From contig JBNMPQ010000001.1 of the NCBI GenBank assembly GCA_051276935.1, positions 1 through 47,404 of the forward strand: DNA of 47,404 bases, written 5' to 3'. The first letter of the stretch is position 1, and every line of letters starts with the position of its first letter. The notes beneath the pieces are model-generated. The model was not told where the DNA came from. It saw only the letters and a program-made list of their open reading frames with translations, and made no database searches. Source of the stretch: Oleispira sp. GTDB lineage: Bacteria > Pseudomonadota > Gammaproteobacteria > Pseudomonadales > Oceanobacteraceae. A program made the position numbers and the translations under genes. Of the stretch, positions 41,828 to 47,404 are shown piece after piece.

Positions 41828-43060
41828 ATGCCGATTAAAAAGTACCTCGAAATTCTTGCTAAACATGATGGTTCAGACCTTTACCTCAGTACAGGCGCGC
41901 CTCCGAGTGGGAAATTTCAAGGAGTACTGAAGCCTCTCAGTAAAGAGCCTTTCAAACCAGGCCAAATTGCTGAAATGATTAAAGAGGTGATGGACGAAGA
42001 CCAAAAGAAAGAGTTCGAGCATGAATTAGAGTTAAACATGGCAATCAGCTTGCCCGGAGTTGGCCGTTTTCGTCTTAATATGTTTCGCCAACGTAACGAA
42101 GTCTCGGTGGTTGCCCGAAATATTGTGACCGATATTCCTAAGTTCGAAGATTTAGGATTACCCGAAGTATTAAAAAAAGTGATTACAGCTAAGCGGGGTC
42201 TGATTTTATTTGTGGGCGGCACCGGTTCTGGTAAATCAACGTCTTTAGCGTCATTAATTGATCACCGAAATGCAACCTCGGCTGGGCATATTATTACCAT
42301 CGAAGATCCCATTGAATACGTGCATAATCATAAAAAATCCATTATTAATCAGCGTGAAGTCGGCGTTGATACTAAGTCTTTCCAGACAGCGTTGAAAAAT
42401 ACGCTACGTCAGGCGCCAGATGTGATTTTGATCGGTGAAATTCGAGATGCCGAAACGATGGAGCATGCGTTAGCATTTGCAGAAACCGGCCATCTGGCCA
42501 TTTCAACATTGCATGCCAATAACGCGAACCAAGCATTAGATAGAATCATCAACTTTTTCCCCTCTGAACGCCATGCTCAAATCTTACAAGATATGGGATT
42601 AAACATGCAGGCGATTGTCTCACAACGATTGGTTCCAACGGTGGATAACAAACGAGTTGCAGCCGTTGAAGTGTTGTTAGGTACCAAAACCATTCAAGAC
42701 TTAATTTATAAAGGTGATATCGATTCTATTAAGGAAATTATGGCTAAGTCGGAAACCTTGGGCATGCAAACTTTTGATGCTGCACTTTTTAAGCTGTATC
42801 AAAGTGGTAAGGTCAGTTTAGAAGAGGCCTTAAAAAATGCAGATTCTGCTAATAATTTACGCCTGCGTATTAAATTAGCGGAAGGCGACGGCCCTGTTGG
42901 TTCAACACAACAAGCTAAGCTCTCTGATTCGAGTTCTCAAGAGGTTTCAGCTTTTGCAGGCTTAGCTTTAGAAAAGACAGAGGAAGAGAAAAGAGCAGAT
43001 GAGAAGCAGGCGATAGAAAATGCTGAGTTAGAACGTTATAAAAATAGCAAAAATTCATAA
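41828..43060 (+). CDS. pilU: PilT/PilU family type IVa pilus retraction ATPase (PilU type)
   Basis: SDLYL, Walker A GGTGSGKST, TIEDPIE, QREVG.DT, APDVILIGE, TGHLAISTLHANNANQALDRIINFF, GMQTFD. Confidence 0.9.
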   Translation: MPIKKYLEILAKHDGSDLYLSTGAPPSGKFQGVLKPLSKEPFKPGQIAEMIKEVMDEDQKKEFEHELELNMAISLPGVGRFRLNMFRQRNEVSVVARNIVTDIPKFEDLGLPEVLKKVITAKRGLILFVGGTGSGKSTSLASLIDHRNATSAGHIITIEDPIEYVHNHKKSIINQREVGVDTKSFQTALKNTLRQAPDVILIGEIRDAETMEHALAFAETGHLAISTLHANNANQALDRIINFFPSERHAQILQDMGLNMQAIVSQRLVPTVDNKRVAAVEVLLGTKTIQDLIYKGDIDSIKEIMAKSETLGMQTFDAALFKLYQSGKVSLEEALKNADSANNLRLRIKLAEGDGPVGSTQQAKLSDSSSQEVSAFAGLALEKTEEEKRADEKQAIENAELERYKNSKNS

Positions 43061-43150
43061 TGAGTTATTTTTATATACGACGCTGCCAAAAGACACCTCT
43101 ACAATAAAGGATGGAAACTCGAACTCGGCGACTGTTGTTAATAGCGAGTA

Positions 43151-43191
43151 GAATGAAGATTGCTTTGCAATGACAGAGACAATCTTCATTC
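43151..43191. terminator. Inverted repeat between convergent pilU and ychF
   Basis: Perfect 12-bp arms GAATGAAGATTG / CAATCTTCATTC. Confidence 0.55.
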
Positions 43192-43224
43192 GGTTTAAAT
43201 AAACTAACTATTTAATTTAAGACA

Positions 43225-44316
43225 TTAAACGTTAAAACGGTAATGCATAACGTCACCATCTTTGATTAGATATTCTTTGCCTTCTAGGCGCCATTTACCA
43301 GCATCTTTCGCGCCAGCTTCACCCTTGTATTCGATGAAGTCATCATAAGCAATAACTTCAGCACGGATGAAACCTTTTTCGAAATCAGTGTGAATAACAC
43401 CCGCACCATTGGGAGCAGTTGCGCCGACTCTAACAGTCCAAGCGCGAACTTCTTTAACGCCTGCCGTAAAGTAAGTTTGCAAACCCAGTAGTTGATAACC
43501 TGCACGAATTACACGGTCAAGACCCGCTTCTTCCATGCCCATATCTTCTAGGAATTCAGCTTTTTCGTCATCGTCTAGTTCAGATATTTCTGCTTCAATC
43601 TGGTTGCATACAACCACAACAACAGAGTTATCAGCGGCGGCAATTTCATTAACTACATCAAGATGCGGGTTGTTTTCAAAACCATCTTCGCTAACGTTAG
43701 CGATGTACATAACTGGCTTTAAAGTGATCAGGTGGAACTGATCGTAAAGTGCGTAATCACCTTCTTCTTTTAGCAAGGTTCGAGCTGGTAAACCTTCACT
43801 TAAATGAGCAACCAAAATTTCTAACAAGTTCCTTTGCTCAACAGAGTCTTTAGCGCCGCCTTTAGCAACACGAGAAACACGGTATAGTTGCTTCTCACAA
43901 GACTCAAGGTCCGCCAAGATGAGTTCGGTATTAATTATATCGACATCGTCAAGCGGTGATATTTTATTCGCAACGTGAATAACGTTTTCATCTTCAAAAC
44001 AACGAACAACGTGAGCGATGGCATCTGTTTCACGAATATTGGCTAAGAACTTATTACCCAAACCTTCACCTTTTGAAGCGCCTTCTACTAAGCCGGCAAT
44101 ATCAACGAATTCCATAGTGGTCGCTAATACACGTTCTGGCTTAACAATTTCAGCCAGCGCATCAAGACGTGCATCAGGCATAGGAACCATGCCAGAGTTC
44201 GGCTCGATGGTGCAGAAAGGAAAGTTCTCTGCGCTGATGCCTGCTTTGGTCAGTGCGTTAAAAAGAGTCGATTTACCAACGTTGGGTAAACCAACGATTC
44301 CGCATTTAAAACCCAT
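43225..44316 (-). CDS. ychF: Redox-regulated Obg-family ATPase YchF
   Basis: [49 protein letters not shown]. Confidence 0.99.
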   Translation of the reverse strand: MGFKCGIVGLPNVGKSTLFNALTKAGISAENFPFCTIEPNSGMVPMPDARLDALAEIVKPERVLATTMEFVDIAGLVEGASKGEGLGNKFLANIRETDAIAHVVRCFEDENVIHVANKISPLDDVDIINTELILADLESCEKQLYRVSRVAKGGAKDSVEQRNLLEILVAHLSEGLPARTLLKEEGDYALYDQFHLITLKPVMYIANVSEDGFENNPHLDVVNEIAAADNSVVVVVCNQIEAEISELDDDEKAEFLEDMGMEEAGLDRVIRAGYQLLGLQTYFTAGVKEVRAWTVRVGATAPNGAGVIHTDFEKGFIRAEVIAYDDFIEYKGEAGAKDAGKWRLEGKEYLIKDGDVMHYRFNV

Positions 44317-44377
44317 CGTGATGTCCTATATTTTATTTAACTGTTCATGTCAGCAATGAATACTCGCTTAGCGAGTA

Positions 44378-44962
44378 TTATGCTTTAAAAGTATGAAGTC
44401 GATTCATGGCTTTGCCCCAATCGCCTTTCACCGCGTCAGGTAATACGCGACAGGCTTCATCAATTGTCGCGTCCATTTGTGTTTTCTCGTTCGCGCTGGG
44501 GCGACCTAGTACGTGCCCAGTCACTCGACTCTTATCACCTGGATGGCCAATGCCAATGCGCAGACGATGAAAGTTTTTGTTATTACCTAAGCAGGCAATG
44601 ATATCACGTAAGCCATTCTGACCTCCGTGACCGCCACCTGTTTTTAATTTTGCCACACCTGAGGGTAAATCTAACTCATCATGGGCGACTAAAATCTCTT
44701 CGGCATTAATTTTATAAAAGTTGGCTAGCGCCTGTACGGCCTTACCACTGTCATTCATGAACGTGGTTGGAAATAAGATCCATACCTCTTGGCCATCAAT
44801 ACGACCTTGGCCGCAGATACCATAAAATTTCTTATCGGCTTTTAATGAAATATTATAAGCACGAGCAATTTCTGAGATAAACCAAGCACCAGCATTATGG
44901 CGAGTCGCTTCATATTCAGAACCTGGGTTGCCTAAGCCGACTATGAGTTTAATTTTGCTCAT
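44378..44962 (-). CDS. pth: Peptidyl-tRNA hydrolase
   Basis: [36 protein letters not shown]. Confidence 0.99.
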   Translation of the reverse strand: MSKIKLIVGLGNPGSEYEATRHNAGAWFISEIARAYNISLKADKKFYGICGQGRIDGQEVWILFPTTFMNDSGKAVQALANFYKINAEEILVAHDELDLPSGVAKLKTGGGHGGQNGLRDIIACLGNNKNFHRLRIGIGHPGDKSRVTGHVLGRPSANEKTQMDATIDEACRVLPDAVKGDWGKAMNRLHTFKA

Positions 44963-45031
44963 CTTTATCTATGTCTATCTATGCTTGTTTATTAATGGGT
45001 TAGCATTCTAACAATTATTAAAGCAGTGATA

Positions 45032-45062
45032 CAAAAAAGGGCTCATAAATGAGCCCTTTTTG
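45032..45062 (-). terminator. Rho-independent terminator of rplY (bidirectional architecture)
   Basis: AAAAAAGGGCTCAT-aa-ATGAGCCCTTTTT. Confidence 0.9.
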
Positions 45063-45125
45063 CTGTTTTCTCTCAGGGTTATTCTGTGCTCTCCATAAAA
45101 GAGAGTGAATATGAGAGAAAGAAGA

Positions 45126-45761
45126 TTACTCTGCAGCAGCTTCTTCAGCGTCGTCTTCTACAATACCCTTAGGAATAAACAAAGAAACAACAGCAGTATC
45201 ATGATCAGGACCATGAGATAACGCTAGAGACTGAACGCCTTTAGGGAACGTAATGTCTGACAAATGGATCACTGCATCTACTGTAGCATTAGCAAGATCG
45301 ATCTCGATGAACTCAGGAAGATCGCCCGCTGCACAGATAACATCGATGCTAGCCATTTGGTGATTGATCTTAGCGCCGCCAGTTTTAACCGCTTCACAAA
45401 TATCTTCATTGATGAAGTGAATTGGAAGAGAGGACTTAAGGATCGTCGTTTTGCTTACGCGTAAGAAATCAGCGTGCATAACGTGGTCACGAGCAGGATG
45501 ACGCTGCATATCTTTCAATACAACTTGCTCAGTTTTATCACCAATGTTCAATGTGATGATGCTGCTGTAGTAAGCTTCGTTTTCTAGGGCTTTTTTAAGC
45601 TCATTAGATTTCATCGTAATGTTGGTAGGCTTGCGTGCGTTGCCACCCGTTTTACCACCATAAATGATGGCTGGAACTAGACCTTCTAAACGACGTAGGC
45701 GGCGGCTCGCACCTTTCCCTACTACTTCGCGAAGTTCTGCGTTCAATGTTAATTCAGACAT
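45126..45761 (-). CDS. rplY: 50S ribosomal protein L25/general stress protein Ctc (long form)
   Basis: GKGASRRLRR, VPAIIYG, QRHP, HADFLRV, LPEFIEID, IHLSDI. Confidence 0.98.
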   Translation of the reverse strand: MSELTLNAELREVVGKGASRRLRRLEGLVPAIIYGGKTGGNARKPTNITMKSNELKKALENEAYYSSIITLNIGDKTEQVVLKDMQRHPARDHVMHADFLRVSKTTILKSSLPIHFINEDICEAVKTGGAKINHQMASIDVICAAGDLPEFIEIDLANATVDAVIHLSDITFPKGVQSLALSHGPDHDTAVVSLFIPKGIVEDDAEEAAAE

Positions 45762-45789
45762 GATAACTACCTTTTCTTGATATATAAAA

Positions 45790-45910
45790 TCACAAGCATG
45801 CTTAAAAACTATTGTTAAAGCTATGTGTGACTAAGTGCAGAAAACCCCAAGGGTAAAATACCCTTGAGGTTCTCTATATGTTAAGAAGTTTTGCGACCAA
45901 ACTTCTTAAC
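45790..45910 (-). promoter_or_regulatory. Structured rplY 5' leader (candidate L25 autoregulatory element)
   Basis: Three tandem hairpins; the first on the minus strand is GTTAAGAAGTTT-ggtcgca-AAACTTCTTAAC (45880-45910). Confidence 0.55.
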
Positions 45911-45933
45911 GTGAAACTGTTTTTACTTCGCTA

Positions 45934-46875
45934 TTAACGAAACATTGCGCTGATAGATTCTTCGTTATTAACACGACGAATGGATTCAGCTAATAGGCCA
46001 GCAATCGTCAATTGACGAACTCGGCCAGATTTTTGTGCCGCAGCCGATAATGGAATGGTATCTGAAACAACTAACTCATCAATATCGGATACTTTTAAAC
46101 GATCAATGGCGGGGCCAGACAAAACAGGATGAGTACAGTAAGCAACAACGCTTTTTGCACCGCGTTCTTTTAGTGCTGCCGCTGCATGACACAAAGTACC
46201 TGCGGTATCGACCATGTCGTCAACCAAGACGCAGGTACGACCTTCAACATCACCGATGATGTTCATAATTTCTGCAACATTGGCTTCTGGGCGACGCTTA
46301 TCAATAATCGCTAGATCAACATTTAACTGTTTAGCAATAGCACGTGCGCGAACAACACCGCCAACATCAGGAGAAACAACGATTAAATCTTCGTATTTCT
46401 GACGGGCAATATCATCTAATAAAATTGGGGAACCGTAAACGTTATCTACAGGGACACTAAAAAAGCCCTGGATTTGATCGGCGTGTAAATCAACTGTTAA
46501 TACGCGATCGATACCTGCACCTACCATCATGTCGGCTACTGCGCGGGCACTGATTGGCACACGAGCACTACGAGGACGACGATCTTGGCGTGCATAACCA
46601 AAATAAGGAACAACTGCGGTGATACGGGCAGCGGATGCACGACGTAAGCCATCTGAAATTAACAGAAGCTCCATCAAGTTATCGTTGGTGGGAGTACAGG
46701 TTGGTTGGATAATAAAAACGTCTTTACCGCGAACATTTTCATCGATTTCGACAGCAATTTCACCATCACTGAATTTACCGACGGACATTTCGCCCATTGG
46801 AATATCTAAACGTTCAACGACTAGCTTAGCTAATTTAGGATTGGCGTTGCCGGTAAATACCATCAGTTTGGACAC
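45934..46875 (-). CDS. prs: Ribose-phosphate pyrophosphokinase
   Basis: [49 protein letters not shown]; GTG start. Confidence 0.99.
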   Translation of the reverse strand: MSKLMVFTGNANPKLAKLVVERLDIPMGEMSVGKFSDGEIAVEIDENVRGKDVFIIQPTCTPTNDNLMELLLISDGLRRASAARITAVVPYFGYARQDRRPRSARVPISARAVADMMVGAGIDRVLTVDLHADQIQGFFSVPVDNVYGSPILLDDIARQKYEDLIVVSPDVGGVVRARAIAKQLNVDLAIIDKRRPEANVAEIMNIIGDVEGRTCVLVDDMVDTAGTLCHAAAALKERGAKSVVAYCTHPVLSGPAIDRLKVSDIDELVVSDTIPLSAAAQKSGRVRQLTIAGLLAESIRRVNNEESISAMFR

Positions 46876-46920
46876 TATGGGTCACCTTTAGATTTTTTCA
46901 ATAATGGATAAGAAAGAAGT

Positions 46921-46995
46921 TGGCTGGGGTGGCAGGATTTGAACCTGCGCATGACGGGATCAAAACCCGTTGCCTTACCGCTTGGCGACACCCCA
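46921..46995 (-). tRNA. tRNA-Gln (UUG)
   Basis: Minus strand TGGGGTGTCGCCAAGCGGTAAGGCAACGGGTTTTGATCCCGTCATGCGCAGGTTCAAATCCTGCCACCCCAGCCA; anticodon arm ACGGG-TT TTG AT-CCCGT, GTTCAAAT T-loop, encoded CCA. Confidence 0.98.
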
Positions 46996-47014
46996 ACTTT
47001 TTAAAACCGTTTTT

Positions 47015-47404
47015 TTAAACGGAGCCGAATAATACCTTATGTGCAGAAGAAAGGTTAGCACCTTTCGCAATAAAAGTAGTTAATTCAGCCGGAAGCTTAC
47101 TTGCAACTTGCGTTGCTTTGTTCTCTGACGCGACGCTTAAGAAAACACAAGCTCCAGTCCCCGTCATTCTAGCAGACCCAAATTTGTTTAGCAAATTCAA
47201 TGTCTTACCTATTTCAGGGTTGAGTTTCGAGGCAACTAACTGGCAGTCATTACGACCGTTATTGGCTGCTTGTCCCTCAAGTGCGTGGCGCATATTAAGG
47301 ATCTGGCTGTCCCTTGTCAACTCTTTGTGCGAAAAAATTTCTCTGGTATCTGAATGCACGTTAGGACAGGCAACAAGGAACCAATTTTCTTCTAAATCAG
47401 GCAG
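47015..47404 (-). CDS. ispE: 4-diphosphocytidyl-2-C-methyl-D-erythritol kinase (5' part outside the window)
   Basis: T..IF...ELTRD, NDCQ, ARMTGTGACVF, S.AH; ispE-tRNA-Gln-prs order; frame open to the window end. Confidence 0.95.
   Translation of the reverse strand: MPDLEENWFLVACPNVHSDTREIFSHKELTRDSQILNMRHALEGQAANNGRNDCQLVASKLNPEIGKTLNLLNKFGSARMTGTGACVFLSVASENKATQVASKLPAELTTFIAKGANLSSAHKVLFGSV

Noticed and set aside
43111-43135. Minus-strand GTCGCCGAGTTCGAGT downstream of ychF, resembling a tRNA T-arm or att remnant
   Set aside because: The T-stem does not pair, there is no acceptor stem or CCA, and no integrase is nearby; probably chance

Overview
A 47.4-kb stretch of almost entirely core genome from a moderately AT-rich gammaproteobacterium. 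Gene order resembles Pseudomonadales/Oceanospirillales (inference from synteny only). In order along the window: rplM(partial)-rpsI, petABC (cytochrome bc1), sspAB, a DUF547 gene, gatCAB (minus strand), mreBCD-maf-rng-yhdP-nitrilase, darP(yjgA)/mgtE, the yrbG-kdsD-lptCAB-rpoN-hpf-ptsN-rapZ-ptsO cluster (minus), mlaFEDB, ibaG-murA-hisGDC, a four-gene accessory patch (DUF2237, membrane-anchored hypothetical, DASS/SLC13 transporter, divergent GIY-YIG-like protein with a Lys-rich tail), algW/degS, nif3, an orphan pilU-type ATPase, and ispE(partial)-tRNA-Gln-prs-rplY-pth-ychF (minus). I see no transposase, integrase, prophage, CRISPR array or rRNA, and no clear-cut new multi-gene system. The best leads are: the degenerate GIY-YIG/histone-H1-like protein; clean absences from otherwise conserved operons (tldD plus pmbA, kdsC, mlaC); a probable AUU start codon for mreC; an atypical GatB tRNA-binding tail; the orphan PilU; and structured intergenic RNAs around rplY. 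All family assignments come from motif recognition by eye, not from database searches.
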